A stretch of 64,000 nucleotides of DNA, from positions 1 to 64,000 of the IMG/VR virus record IMGVR_UViG_3300033233_000027. The stretch is one strand, 5' to 3'. The translations under genes were made by a program, and so were the position numbers. The stretch's first letter is position 1. Each line of letters begins with the position of its first letter. Under the pieces are notes generated by a model. The model had not been told where the DNA came from and ran no database searches. It saw nothing but the letters and a program-made list of their open reading frames with translations. Shown piece by piece: positions 18,833-28,748 of this stretch. The stretch comes from a virus.

Positions 18833-19381
18833 ATGGCATCACTGCATGGTGGTTCCGTATGGTGGTATGCGTTCTGGACGGTAGCTGCATTCGTTGGATC
18901 AATTCCGTGGCTTTCCTGTGCGGAATATCTGGTTCACCGTTTCCTGATGCACAGGAAGTTTGTTCCAAAGTTCGCGTGGGAACTCCACAGCCAACACCAC
19001 AAGATTTTCGGATCCGACTATACGTATCACGCACTCGACGATGAGATGGCGCGGCACATCACGTTCGATCCTCGGGACTACATCCTCCTGACCCTAGCGA
19101 ATCTTCCGATATATTGTGCCGTTGAATTCCTGATCCATCGGCCCATTGTGGTCGGGTGCGTTCTGGCCACACTCGCCTATCTGCACAGTTTCCAAGTCTT
19201 GCATCTAGCCTGGCATAGCCCCGCAGATCGTTTCTACGAAGAGCATCGGTGGTTTCTCTGGATGAAGGAGCGCCATCGTCTTCATCACGCAGATACGTCG
19301 AGCCGGTACAACCTGATCGTTCCGATTGTGGACGGTACGCTGATTGCTATCAAGGCACTTCGCAGCAAGAAGTCTGCGTAG
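18833..19381 (+). CDS. Fatty acid hydroxylase / sterol desaturase superfamily protein
   Basis: His boxes EYLVHRFLMH, HSQHH, HLAWH, HRLHH with TM segments. Confidence 0.88.
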   Translation: MASLHGGSVWWYAFWTVAAFVGSIPWLSCAEYLVHRFLMHRKFVPKFAWELHSQHHKIFGSDYTYHALDDEMARHITFDPRDYILLTLANLPIYCAVEFLIHRPIVVGCVLATLAYLHSFQVLHLAWHSPADRFYEEHRWFLWMKERHRLHHADTSSRYNLIVPIVDGTLIAIKALRSKKSA

Positions 19382-20686
19382 AACAGATCGTAGGATATCT
19401 CAGAGGCATGATGAAGACAGCGCGAGAAAATGAATGCCCGAATTGCGTCCCGCATAGGATGCACTATGATGGATGTATGGGGGCCGTGTTTGAAAATGGA
19501 GAGATCACCGTCTGCGCATGTAAGCGACCTGAATGCGTGAAGCAACAGAGGGCGTCGGTTAGAGGGATTAAAATCTCCGTAGGTAAATCAAAACAGCGTA
19601 CTTCAAACCAATCATGAACCACAAATTCAAGCGTCCGAGGACGCAACGTGCAGGCTGTAAAATGTGCAAGGCTTGGAAGTCTAGTCGTCAGGCTGCGCAT
19701 CGGTTACGCGACAAGAGGCAGGACGAACCGAGAGATGAACACCTTTCATACAAATCGTGAATGACCAAGAGGGGAACTTTCCACTCATCTGGTTCTGGAA
19801 TCCTCAGCCATTCCCAGGTAGAACCGTGAACCGGAAAGGACAGAGATGTAGAGTGCTGGCGAGAGGAGCGAAGAACAATGTGCTGGTGGAGTTTGTTGAC
19901 GGTTTTAGAGTATGCGCAAGTAGATATGCCGTAAGAAAAGCGTGAAGCAGATGAAGAAAGATCAGATATGGATTAGAATTCCTCTGAGAGAACGCCGCGA
20001 GCGGATCATGTGGATGAAGGCGTGCCTCAGGGTATGGCGGGGGGCGACCAAGAAGAGAGATCATGGACTTGCCCATTTCGCATCGAACGTAGCCTTTGGT
20101 TGCGGTTTGCTCAAGGTCAGTTGAGGGAGGATAAGCCGCGCATGATAAAGACTGTTTTCTTGTTCGCAAACGGAAACGTAGCCTGCTGCGATGAACATGG
20201 CCAGCAAGTTCCAGAAGAGAACAACTCTGCGTGGTTTCATGTACTCCAGGATAAGCTGGATCGAGGGGTGATTTCTGAGGATACAGAACTGTATATGGCT
20301 GGCTGGGAATCCAGAGATGGGAAGAAGTCCATGACCGTCTTTGATCTTATGGTGCGAGGAAATCTTGAGAAAAAGGAGAATGGATGAATCCGCTCGCGCA
20401 ATCTAGGGGCAACGAAAAGAAGATGGGAGCAGAGGAGTTCATGGGGAAAAGGCTGGCTAGGCTAGTGGTCCACTCTTCCATCGATGATGATGGCTACCCC
20501 ACGTCCAACATCGTTGGTGGAATATGCTGGAACTGCTGGAAGACGGCACGAGAAATTATGGATTGCAAGATGGGAGATGTCTGCAACGAGTCCAATAAGA
20601 AGTGGGCAGCTATGGGGAATACCCAGTAGCCTCTAGGCAAGCATTCCCTTGCGTCAACCCCGTGGTACTGGTGTACGATGCGTTGC

Positions 20687-20745
20687 CACTGCACATTTCT
20701 AATGAATTGTGCAGTGACTGCATAGAAGAACTGAAATGTGCAGTG
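20687..20745. repeat. Two tandem 30-bp palindromic sites
   Basis: CACTGCACA-N12-TGTGCAGTG (20687-20716) and GACTGCATA-N12-TGTGCAGTG (20716-20745) in an apparently non-coding gap. Confidence 0.7.
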
Positions 20746-20947
20746 TACTTGCCTGTGGCCTAGCCTATACCCCGGTGCCACGCATCGGACGCGGAGCTCG
20801 CCAGTTTGAATCTGTCTATGCCAACTCCTTTCTCAGTTTCCAGTCTGGACAGGACCGTCCGTTCTCGGTATAACTTCCGAAAATCTGGTAGATCAGGAGT
20901 CAGCCACCTGCAATAGGAACAGCTTCTCTTTTGAAGAACTGAATTTT

Positions 20948-21202
20948 ATGCCAAGCCGAACATTTGAAATCGTAGTCGAGGCCGTGTACCCAGGGATGTC
21001 TTCCATCATCATTTCTGTGAACGGAAGAAGGCATCTCATGCCATCCGCGCTCTTGCCGGCCACGCAGGAATGGTTCAACGAGATGACTGGCCGACCACTG
21101 GTCTTCTCCATTTCTGCGGAGGAACAGCGTAGCACGACCGAGAGAACCATTGAGGGTGCTGGATCCTCTTCATCCAACGAAGTCACCGTGAGCGCAACAT
21201 GA
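20948..21202 (+). CDS. Hypothetical protein
   Basis: Co-oriented ORF after intergenic gap. Confidence 0.5.
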   Translation: MPSRTFEIVVEAVYPGMSSIIISVNGRRHLMPSALLPATQEWFNEMTGRPLVFSISAEEQRSTTERTIEGAGSSSSNEVTVSAT

Positions 21203-21381
21203 AGACTGCGAAATGCGAGAAAACTGGCGACAGGGAATACTGGTCAAGTATAGCCGTAGGTGCGGCAGAAGTACGATCTCAGGCTTTTGCGAACTCCGTG
21301 AAATTTTCTTTGTGGCTGAACAAGTCGAGGGAGAGACGTAAGCCAACGAAGAAATAGCTTTGGCGAATCGGAGCGGGAGGG

Positions 21382-22083
21382 GTGGTGGATCAGCTCGTAC
21401 TAATCATGGCTCAAGGCAAACAGGAAAGGCTTCCGATCTCCACCTACGGATACAAACAACTCCTCCGCATCGGAAACGAAAGCATCATCGTAAGGCAGAT
21501 TAGGCTTCTACGGGAAGCGGGCGCGTCGGACATTCGCATCGTGGCTGAGGAGACGCGCCCATGGCGTGAAGTGTCCAAATTGCTGTGCGTTCAGTTGTAT
21601 CCGCTGCGCATACCAGGCGACTGCATTCTCAGCGGAGTGAGCGCGTGTCTGGATAGGCTGGCACCATCTGAACGTCGCCCAATTCTTTTCATGCTTGGCG
21701 ATGTCATATTCTCTCGGGCTTTGATGCATTCCGTGTTGAGTGATCGCGGTGAGATCAGGATCTTTGCCAGAAAGGGCCCGAATCCCGCGACGGACAAATT
21801 GGATGGAGAAGCGTTTGCATTGCGTGTATCTGATGCGGCAAAGAAACCAGTGGCCGCATTGTCTCAGTCTCGCTCACACGCCTCTGGTTCCAACGGAAAA
21901 CTATTTGATCTCGCAGCAGCACTGGTCATCTCCAGATTGTTCGGTGGAGAACCGATTCATCCGACGCAGCCAACAGACTGGAGCGATGACGTGGATTGCG
22001 TTGAAGACCTTGCGCGGCTTCCGGTTTTGGAGAAATTAGCAGTAGAAGATGACGCAGCATTCATCAATGCGCGAATCGCTTGA
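21382..22083 (+). CDS. NTP-transferase (MobA/LicC-like sugar or choline phosphate nucleotidyltransferase fold)
   Basis: ILMAQGKQERL...KQLLRIG.ESII.RQI, LGDVIFS, DDVD..EDL. Confidence 0.8.
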   Translation: MVDQLVLIMAQGKQERLPISTYGYKQLLRIGNESIIVRQIRLLREAGASDIRIVAEETRPWREVSKLLCVQLYPLRIPGDCILSGVSACLDRLAPSERRPILFMLGDVIFSRALMHSVLSDRGEIRIFARKGPNPATDKLDGEAFALRVSDAAKKPVAALSQSRSHASGSNGKLFDLAAALVISRLFGGEPIHPTQPTDWSDDVDCVEDLARLPVLEKLAVEDDAAFINARIA

Positions 22084-22235
22084 TTCTCGCCTACTATTGT
22101 GTGTCCGTTTTTATATTGACAATACCTCTCCATGGGCGTAGAAATGACACATCGGAACCACTGGCTCCTCCCCGGGCCGACCGATCTAGTCCGACCTGCG
22201 AGCCAGCCCTTGCGAGAGAGAAACGAGAGGGCTGG

Positions 22236-24338
22236 ATGAGACGGCGAAAGTACGAGCGGTTCTCTGAAGACGACAAGGCAGCGATGCTATCGCTGTCGAA
22301 AGAAGGTCTGCGGTCAAAGGAGATCCAGACTCATCTTCCACATCTGCCAACCCAGCGAATCAGCGGATTCCTTCGAATGCACAAGGCCCCAGGAGCGAAT
22401 CCAAATCCTCGATCGACCGTTCTAGTACGAACGACGGCTGAGGCCGCACCGCAAGTCAGGGCCGCTGCTGCCGCAGCCGCTTCTGGTAATGTGCAGGCTT
22501 CATCCAACCCACTTCCGTTTGCTGCTCAACCTACAACCGCAGCGCACCATCAATCGCAGCCATCTGCGGAATATGACTTCCGGCCGACGCAGACCCCGAT
22601 GGTGACGAGCGGAGGAATTCCGGTATCATCTGGTCAGGGTCAGAGACTGGAAGTCGAACGAATCATTCCGCAAGATGGGCTTCTTGGCGTTCACCCGATG
22701 TCGTTCTTGAAAGATGATATCGGTCGTGTTTATGGTTCTGGAACATACAGAATCACGACGCGCTCAAATAGTGGACAAATAATGACCGCAGAAGTTCCTA
22801 TTGCGGCCACCTATGGTCCTCCGCTTTCACCGAAGCGTTATTCTGGGCGAGAAGGACAGCCTGATCGGTCACAACCGAAGCTATGGAACGATCCACAAGA
22901 TCAGCAGTATCGCTTTGAACGCGCAGAGGCGCTTCGCGCTTCTCATAGTCCAGCTGAAGATCTCAAGAACACCGTCCAAGCTACGAAGGAACTCATGACG
23001 CTTGCGAAGGAAAACGGCCAGGACAGTTCTGGCGGTTACGCTAGAGCCATGGAGACGCTGGCTGCCGCCGCATCGCAGCCGAAGTCTCAGGAATCTGGGG
23101 TGCTTGAGAAATGGTTCATTGCGGACGCAGAACGCCGTTCGATAGAGCGCAAAGAATCTGAGGAACGTCGGGAACGCGAACGTCGTGAGGACATGGAGCG
23201 CCGAGATCGTGATCGGAAGGACGACCAGACGCGTTTCGATCAGATAATGGAACTTGATCGCCAGCGGGCTGTGAGTTCCAACAAAGAAAAAGATGACGCA
23301 CACAAGCGAGAAATGGAAAGGCTGAAGGAAGAGAACTCCGCTCGAGTTGCTTGGGAAGCAGAACAGAGAAAAACGCTCCTAGAACTCGAGGCGAAGAAGA
23401 TCGAACTCGTGACCAAGGCGCAAGAGGCTAGGGAGAAGGAACTTGATCGCCGTATTGAAGAAGTAAAAGCTGAGGCAGAGTCTGGCAGGGATTCGATCCA
23501 GGGAGAGCTAGAAAAAGAGCGCGATCACCAGACGGCAATGTTCGATCTTCGGTCAAAGCAACTCGACATACAGGAAAAGTTCCAGAATGAAAAGCTGGAT
23601 ATGCAGCGCCAGCAGATCACTTCCTCTAGTGCGGATAGCGTCCTCTGGGGGACGGTAAAGGATCTGGTAGACAAGGGCTCTAAGGCATTTGAGAGATACA
23701 CGGAGACTGAACAGCTCAAGATGGTTGTCGAAGAGGCTAAAAAGAACGGCGTTAGTCCTGGAACTGTAGCAGACCTCGGGCGGGCAGCCATGGCTGGGAA
23801 TATGCAGCCTGAGGCAAAACACACTTCCACGGGCCAAGCCTCCAATACAAACGGAAATGGGAATGGAAAGGGGGCGGAAGTGGGCCTACTCGACCGATTC
23901 TTCAAGGATCCGATCTTTGCTGAAGTCGTGGAGGAGTGGGGCCTTGCGGTCTCTGTCAAGGCAAAGCCGAGTACATTCGCCAACACTTTCCTAGTCTGGA
24001 TGAACGATCCAGAAAACACGACATACAAGAAGGCGACATCGACCTTTGCTCTGTTCCTTGAGAACAGAGACTGGCCATCGATGTTTGAAGCCATGCAGAG
24101 AAATCTTTCTGCCAAGATCACGGAGCCATTCAAGTCTCCGTATGCGGCTGAATTCTATGAGGCATTCCGCGTCATCGTCGTGGAGAGTACGCGTTATCTC
24201 TACGCGGAGTTCATGCAACAGCGGGCTGACCAAGAGGCTCGTGTTGCGCAAGAAGCGGCAGCGAACAACGGATCTTCTGAACCTGTAGCGGAAGAGTCGT
24301 CTCAGCCCCTGAAGGAAACGGAGCGCATCAGGGCATGA
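22236..24338 (+). CDS. 700-aa protein: N-terminal HTH, low-complexity linker, long E/R/K coiled coil, C-terminal helical domain
   Basis: Start reassigned to MRRRKYERF (SD GAGGG); FSEDDKAAML...GLRSKEIQ..L......ISGFLR; ATGA-coupled to next gene. Confidence 0.85.
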   Translation: MRRRKYERFSEDDKAAMLSLSKEGLRSKEIQTHLPHLPTQRISGFLRMHKAPGANPNPRSTVLVRTTAEAAPQVRAAAAAAASGNVQASSNPLPFAAQPTTAAHHQSQPSAEYDFRPTQTPMVTSGGIPVSSGQGQRLEVERIIPQDGLLGVHPMSFLKDDIGRVYGSGTYRITTRSNSGQIMTAEVPIAATYGPPLSPKRYSGREGQPDRSQPKLWNDPQDQQYRFERAEALRASHSPAEDLKNTVQATKELMTLAKENGQDSSGGYARAMETLAAAASQPKSQESGVLEKWFIADAERRSIERKESEERRERERREDMERRDRDRKDDQTRFDQIMELDRQRAVSSNKEKDDAHKREMERLKEENSARVAWEAEQRKTLLELEAKKIELVTKAQEAREKELDRRIEEVKAEAESGRDSIQGELEKERDHQTAMFDLRSKQLDIQEKFQNEKLDMQRQQITSSSADSVLWGTVKDLVDKGSKAFERYTETEQLKMVVEEAKKNGVSPGTVADLGRAAMAGNMQPEAKHTSTGQASNTNGNGNGKGAEVGLLDRFFKDPIFAEVVEEWGLAVSVKAKPSTFANTFLVWMNDPENTTYKKATSTFALFLENRDWPSMFEAMQRNLSAKITEPFKSPYAAEFYEAFRVIVVESTRYLYAEFMQQRADQEARVAQEAAANNGSSEPVAEESSQPLKETERIRA

Positions 24339-25036
24339 CCGAACACAAAAGGCTGCGGAGGCTTGGCATCGCGATTGATGCCGCCCCACCAGCCTATGGT
24401 GAAGTATTACGGACTCCTCTGGAGGACGACTTCGGGGGCATCCGGTTTGAAGTCGGTCGTGCTGTCCAATACGTAAAGGAAGGTGGCGCAGATCCGCTTG
24501 TGGTTGACACGGCGAGATATTGCGCGATGCTCGCGAGAGATACGGCAGAACAGCTTGGTTTTCCCGTAACTCCTGAGAACGCAAAGTTGATTGACCTGGA
24601 GGGGGTATTCCTTTGGGTCCAGGCCAACTTCGTTTACGTTGATGATCCAACTGGAGTGGAAGTGATGCAGACAGCACCTCGTATGCTCCGTCAGAAGATG
24701 ACGCCGCATGAAGTGCTGGAATGGATGTGGGCTCCGATTCGAGATGGAATGGCTCTTGCCCGCGGTATTGATCCATCGGAATTAAGCTGTCCTGAAGGAA
24801 AAGTGATCGGAGATTGCGAAGAGGCTGCCTGTCTTCTGTTGGCCATGGCTGCCGCTCTTGATATCGGTCCTCTGAAGTTCCGCTTCGGCGGGAATGATGG
24901 CCAACTCCACCATGTTTGGGCTTCTGCTATGGCTGGTGGAGAGTGGCGCGACATGGATGCTACTCAGCGCCAGTTAGGGTTCGATCAGTTTCTGCCATTC
25001 GACCACTTCGATGAACTGGAGGTCGAACTTCCGTGA
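24335..25036 (+). CDS. Transglutaminase-like (papain-fold) Cys-His-Asp enzyme, putative virion maturation protease
   Basis: YVDDP.GVE, GDCEE (Cys), HHVW (His), WRDMDAT (Asp). Confidence 0.88.
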   Translation: MTEHKRLRRLGIAIDAAPPAYGEVLRTPLEDDFGGIRFEVGRAVQYVKEGGADPLVVDTARYCAMLARDTAEQLGFPVTPENAKLIDLEGVFLWVQANFVYVDDPTGVEVMQTAPRMLRQKMTPHEVLEWMWAPIRDGMALARGIDPSELSCPEGKVIGDCEEAACLLLAMAAALDIGPLKFRFGGNDGQLHHVWASAMAGGEWRDMDATQRQLGFDQFLPFDHFDELEVELP

Positions 25037-25653
25037 TCCTAGGAAAATGGTCTGATGGGCCACGCCTCGGCGCGGTTGAGCTGGTTGAGCTAGGCTCAAT
25101 TCGTCGTCACGCCTCCATGGGTGGCTTCCTAGACTTCTTAGGTGGGTTCGCTGGAGAGGTTGCTGGATTCTTCGGGAGTGCTGTTGGCGCTGGGTTGGGA
25201 TTCCTTAAGGATGCGCTGAATGTCGGGCTGAAGCCGCTGATGGATGGGGTTGCGTCTGCCTTCACTGGGCTGGCAGATATCCTTCGGGAGATCCCGCTCA
25301 TCGGGGAAATCGTTGGTGGCCTCATCCTAGTTATCAACGCGGCCATTCAGACGCTGCTCTCTCTTCCGGGGCTCTTGATTGACGCGCTTCCGAAGATTCT
25401 TAAAGGACTGACCAGTTCGTTCTTTGGGGCGTACGGTAAGGATGAGCAGAGTTCAATCCTAAGCACGGTTCTGCCGAAAGTGGCCGCCAGAGCTCCAGAG
25501 CCGATTCGGAATGTCGTCAAGACCACGCTGGCTGAAACTAGGCCAGCGATTGACGGTTCGGTACAGCCACCCGAATCTGCGGGTGGAATTGATCCGCTTG
25601 TAATCGCCGGGGTCTCTGCCGCGGTTGTTGCCGCAGCTCTGATCGCGGCTTGA
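25033..25653 (+). CDS. Membrane protein with amphipathic helices and C-terminal anchor
   Basis: Leader PRLGAVELVELG; ends LVIAGVSAAVVAAALIAA. Confidence 0.85.
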   Translation: MILGKWSDGPRLGAVELVELGSIRRHASMGGFLDFLGGFAGEVAGFFGSAVGAGLGFLKDALNVGLKPLMDGVASAFTGLADILREIPLIGEIVGGLILVINAAIQTLLSLPGLLIDALPKILKGLTSSFFGAYGKDEQSSILSTVLPKVAARAPEPIRNVVKTTLAETRPAIDGSVQPPESAGGIDPLVIAGVSAAVVAAALIAA

Positions 25654-25688
25654 CCTATCCAAGGCCTATTTTTTTTGGAGAAGACACG

Positions 25689-26393
25689 ATGGCGGAGAAG
25701 AAGGGGGCGGGCACCAAGCCTGCCGGTTCCCGCCGCGGCGGGAACGTCGTGGTGGATCTCGGCGAGACGATTGACGACGTGATCGACGCCGCAGTCGAAG
25801 CTGGCTACAAACCAAAGCAGGGTTTGGGAGCGGCTGGTAACACGAAGCCAGGTGGGTATCGCCCTGGTTTCCTCGGTTCGAATTTCCGACCTGGTATCGG
25901 ATTCCGTCCGAGCGGTATTCATCCATCCAAGCTGGGTATGGCCCTCAATATCCAGAGGACCGTGGACACGATGAAGGTTTTGGGTGGGTCCATTGCGGGC
26001 ATGGCGTTCAACCGTGTTCTGTATCGAGCCATCCCGAAGGTGTCCACGTCCGTCACGTCGGAGCTGCTGGTCAATGGAGCGGCTGCCGTTCTTGGAGTCG
26101 CGCCCTACTTCCTTTTCAAGAAGGAAGGTCATGGAAGCGATTTCCTCGTCGGATTCGCGATCCCAGGCGTCGTGACATTCGCTGGATCGCTCTTCGACAA
26201 GCTCCTTGGCGCGGTCGCCTCCAGCGTCCTTCCGAAGCCGATGCTGTCTGGCCCGGATGCGTCCCGGCCAGCGACGGACGCGCATCGTGCTTTGGCGGAA
26301 GCCAACCGTACGCTTGACGCGCTCAAGGGCCGGATGGGCCTACAGCGTCAGACGGTTGTGTCTCTGCCACGGGTTCAGGGGGTGGCTTCTTAA
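25689..26393 (+). CDS. Membrane protein with multiple LG/MG motifs, upstream of candidate capsid gene
   Basis: ATG 25689 with SD GGAG; three central hydrophobic segments. Confidence 0.85.
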   Translation: MAEKKGAGTKPAGSRRGGNVVVDLGETIDDVIDAAVEAGYKPKQGLGAAGNTKPGGYRPGFLGSNFRPGIGFRPSGIHPSKLGMALNIQRTVDTMKVLGGSIAGMAFNRVLYRAIPKVSTSVTSELLVNGAAAVLGVAPYFLFKKEGHGSDFLVGFAIPGVVTFAGSLFDKLLGAVASSVLPKPMLSGPDASRPATDAHRALAEANRTLDALKGRMGLQRQTVVSLPRVQGVAS

Positions 26394-26394
26394 T

Positions 26395-26504
26395 AAACAT
26401 CCGCAGAGGGGGAAGGCGCCAACCCGTCCCCCGGGGAGGGGGCGCAGGGCGCCCCAAGGGTCGGACGCGGGTGGCGCCTACCCCGTGCGCGGTGAAGTGT
26501 GTTT
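26395..26504 (+). other. ~110-nt GC-rich intergenic stem-loop
   Basis: Nested pairings AAACAT/GTGTTT, AGGCGCC/GGCGCCT, ACCCG/CGGGT, GGCGC/GCGCC. Confidence 0.65.
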
Positions 26505-26553
26505 GTGAACGAACTGTAACTGTGAATAACTGAAACGAACGAAAGGGAAGACA

Positions 26554-27312
26554 ATGGGCGAAACGATGCGCGATTACATTCCGCAACGTCCTCAACGTAT
26601 CGGCATTTACGACAACAGCACCGGAAAGGTGACTGAGGCCGTCTATTCCGAGTGCGCTGACCAGACGCAGAGTGTTACTATCGCTTCTGGTACTGGCACG
26701 TACGATGTTACTCTCGAATTTCCCCAGACGCAAAACTCGGACTGCGATGCGACTCTTGGTCATGGAGTGGAGATCTCGTATCTCTCCGGTGGTGGTGCGA
26801 CCGGCATGACGATTGGAGATCTCGCCAAAGTCCTTACTTCGGGCACGATTGAAATCACTCGTGCTGGCCAGAAGTGCGTCGATCAGCGCGAGATGGCTCA
26901 GGCGAATTTCCTTGTTCAGTTCCAGGCTGAAGCTGCGTTGGCTGCTGGCCGCGTGGCTGCTGGATGGAATAATGAGCAGATTTATCGTGCTGGCCAGTGC
27001 ACGCCTATCATGCTCTATACGAATAGGGATGTGATTCTGGTCAGGCTCCGTGGAGCTCAGCCAGATGAAACCCAGGTTGTTGTCGTGAAGCTCATCTTTA
27101 CCCGCTACACGACGCAGCCAACGACTCCTTCCTGCGCACTCCTGCCGCTCGCTATCTTCCAGGGCTCTGCTTTCCCTGTGAAGTTCTACGAGAGTCTCCC
27201 AACCAGGGAAGCGCAGCCTTGGGATGTCGCTGATCTTTCTGGGGCTAACCAGGTGGCTACGCTTACGCATGGGGTTCAGCAGGGTCTTAGCGCGGAGCGT
27301 GGAATCGCGTAA
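26554..27312 (+). CDS. Candidate major capsid protein (beta-rich, jelly-roll-like)
   Basis: 252 aa, no TM, beta-strand pattern, A-rich leader with SD, flanked by large hairpins; the capsid call is inference. Confidence 0.6.
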   Translation: MGETMRDYIPQRPQRIGIYDNSTGKVTEAVYSECADQTQSVTIASGTGTYDVTLEFPQTQNSDCDATLGHGVEISYLSGGGATGMTIGDLAKVLTSGTIEITRAGQKCVDQREMAQANFLVQFQAEAALAAGRVAAGWNNEQIYRAGQCTPIMLYTNRDVILVRLRGAQPDETQVVVVKLIFTRYTTQPTTPSCALLPLAIFQGSAFPVKFYESLPTREAQPWDVADLSGANQVATLTHGVQQGLSAERGIA

Positions 27313-27327
27313 CGTCTTCAGGGCGAC

Positions 27328-27391
27328 CAGAAGGAACGTATTACCCGGCGTGCGCCGATTGTCGGCGTACGCCGGTTTCCATCACCTTCTG
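27328..27391 (+). terminator. Hairpin downstream of candidate capsid gene
   Basis: CCGGCGTGCGCCGA-TTG-TCGGCGTACGCCGG then TTT; outer CAGAAGG/CCTTCTG. Confidence 0.65.
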
Positions 27392-27404
27392 ACGGTGTTG
27401 CTAG

Positions 27405-28013
27405 ATGACCGAACAACTAAATACAGATATTCCGTTCCTGCGACTAAAGGGGCAGCATGAAGTGCAAGGAGATTGCTTCATACGCCCATCGGACTTCTTT
27501 TTTGCAGAGAGATTCCAAAAGAAGGTAGAGGCACTAAAGAAATCGTCTCCACTCCTTGCTGAGGCGATCTGTTTTGCCCAGGCCTTGGGCCTGATGGAGC
27601 CTGCGGAAGCTCGTAGACCAGGGGCTGGCAATGCAGTAACCAGAACAAGGGTTGGAGTTACGGTTCCTCGAGCGACAGTAAATCCAGCTCAGCCTAATAT
27701 AATCATACCTGGGGTATTTGAAGCGTTCTCTACCTGTCCACCAATGGGCACGTTAGGAATCGCCGGTAAGATTGATGTTATTCCGGCGAATACGACTGCG
27801 ATCAGCTTCGGGCGTGTCTTCTATCAGCATATGATCGTTGGCGTAGGTAAAGATCTCTGTGTGGATTGGAATTTCCCAGACTGCCCAGGTTTTGTCACGA
27901 CGGCAGAAAACTTCTTCATATCCCCTACGGGGATCAGGGTTTTCCTTCAGAATAGGTCTAGGACAGGAGAGGCGCTGTTCTCCGTTGAGGCAGAAATATG
28001 GCCAGTGCTGTGA
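27405..28013 (+). CDS. Beta-rich putative capsid/penton protein
   Basis: 202 aa with beta-rich C-terminal two-thirds. Confidence 0.65.
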   Translation: MTEQLNTDIPFLRLKGQHEVQGDCFIRPSDFFFAERFQKKVEALKKSSPLLAEAICFAQALGLMEPAEARRPGAGNAVTRTRVGVTVPRATVNPAQPNIIIPGVFEAFSTCPPMGTLGIAGKIDVIPANTTAISFGRVFYQHMIVGVGKDLCVDWNFPDCPGFVTTAENFFISPTGIRVFLQNRSRTGEALFSVEAEIWPVL

Positions 28014-28050
28014 TCTTGTTCCGTCGCGCCGATATGAATAAGGTGAGAAA

Positions 28051-28446
28051 ATGGGGGTCGTAAGCGGAGGACCGATACCGTACATGATTCCCACCAGCCA
28101 GGACACGCTGAAGGTGGTTGAGTCGGATGTACCGCTCGCATTTGGCGGCGTGTTTAGTTCTGAGATAACCATCTTCCGTGGGTATTCGGTCTTATGTGCA
28201 TTGGTCATCACCGATCAGTCAACTTTGTTAGAAGTTACTGAACGGTGCGACTCAGACGCAGCAGATTTGAAAGATGGGGTAGTAACTGAGTCTGCATTGA
28301 CCGCAGTGGATCCAGTCACGGGGAAGAATTTCCTCTGCAAGCGATTTGAGCCATGCGGCAAATTCGGGAGTATCACGATCACAAACAAAGGCCTCATCGC
28401 TCAAACTTTCCTGCGACTGTGCGTCTACTTACTCCCTATCCGATAG
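28051..28446 (+). CDS. Small beta-rich (single jelly-roll-like) protein
   Basis: 131 aa with alternating strands. Confidence 0.65.
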   Translation: MGVVSGGPIPYMIPTSQDTLKVVESDVPLAFGGVFSSEITIFRGYSVLCALVITDQSTLLEVTERCDSDAADLKDGVVTESALTAVDPVTGKNFLCKRFEPCGKFGSITITNKGLIAQTFLRLCVYLLPIR

Positions 28447-28459
28447 TGCGGAGTCGATC

Positions 28460-28741
28460 ATGGCGTCCTTGGCGGCAAGAATCGCGACTCTGGTAACGGA
28501 GCAGCAGAACGTCAAGCACGCCATCGAGAAAGAGGTTGAGGAGCGCCGTCGCGATCACGATGAACTCACGAAAGTAATAGGATCCGTGAGCAATCTGAAG
28601 GAAAAGATCGATACGTTGGATGGAGAGAAGAAGGAGAGGGACAAGGAGTCCCGCTCAAGAAACTGGCAGGCATGGTTCGCGATAGCTACGGCCCTTCTCG
28701 GGATTGTATTGACGCTCCTGAAAATCAAAGGGGCAGTCTGA
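28460..28741 (+). CDS. Coiled-coil plus C-terminal TM protein (holin/XhlA-like architecture)
   Basis: Start MASLAARI; ends WFAIATALLGIVLTLLKIK. Confidence 0.65.
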   Translation: MASLAARIATLVTEQQNVKHAIEKEVEERRRDHDELTKVIGSVSNLKEKIDTLDGEKKERDKESRSRNWQAWFAIATALLGIVLTLLKIKGAV

Positions 28742-28748
28742 GGTAGTC

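Noticed and set aside
22117-22144. Promoter TTGACA-N17-TAGAAA upstream of the structural operon
   Set aside because: Perfect -35 but the -10 lacks the conserved final T; plausible but too weak to list as a feature.
25347-27270. Long minus-strand ORFs 25347..26285 and 26323..27270
   Set aside because: Arg/Ser-rich antisense shadows of GC-rich plus-strand genes.
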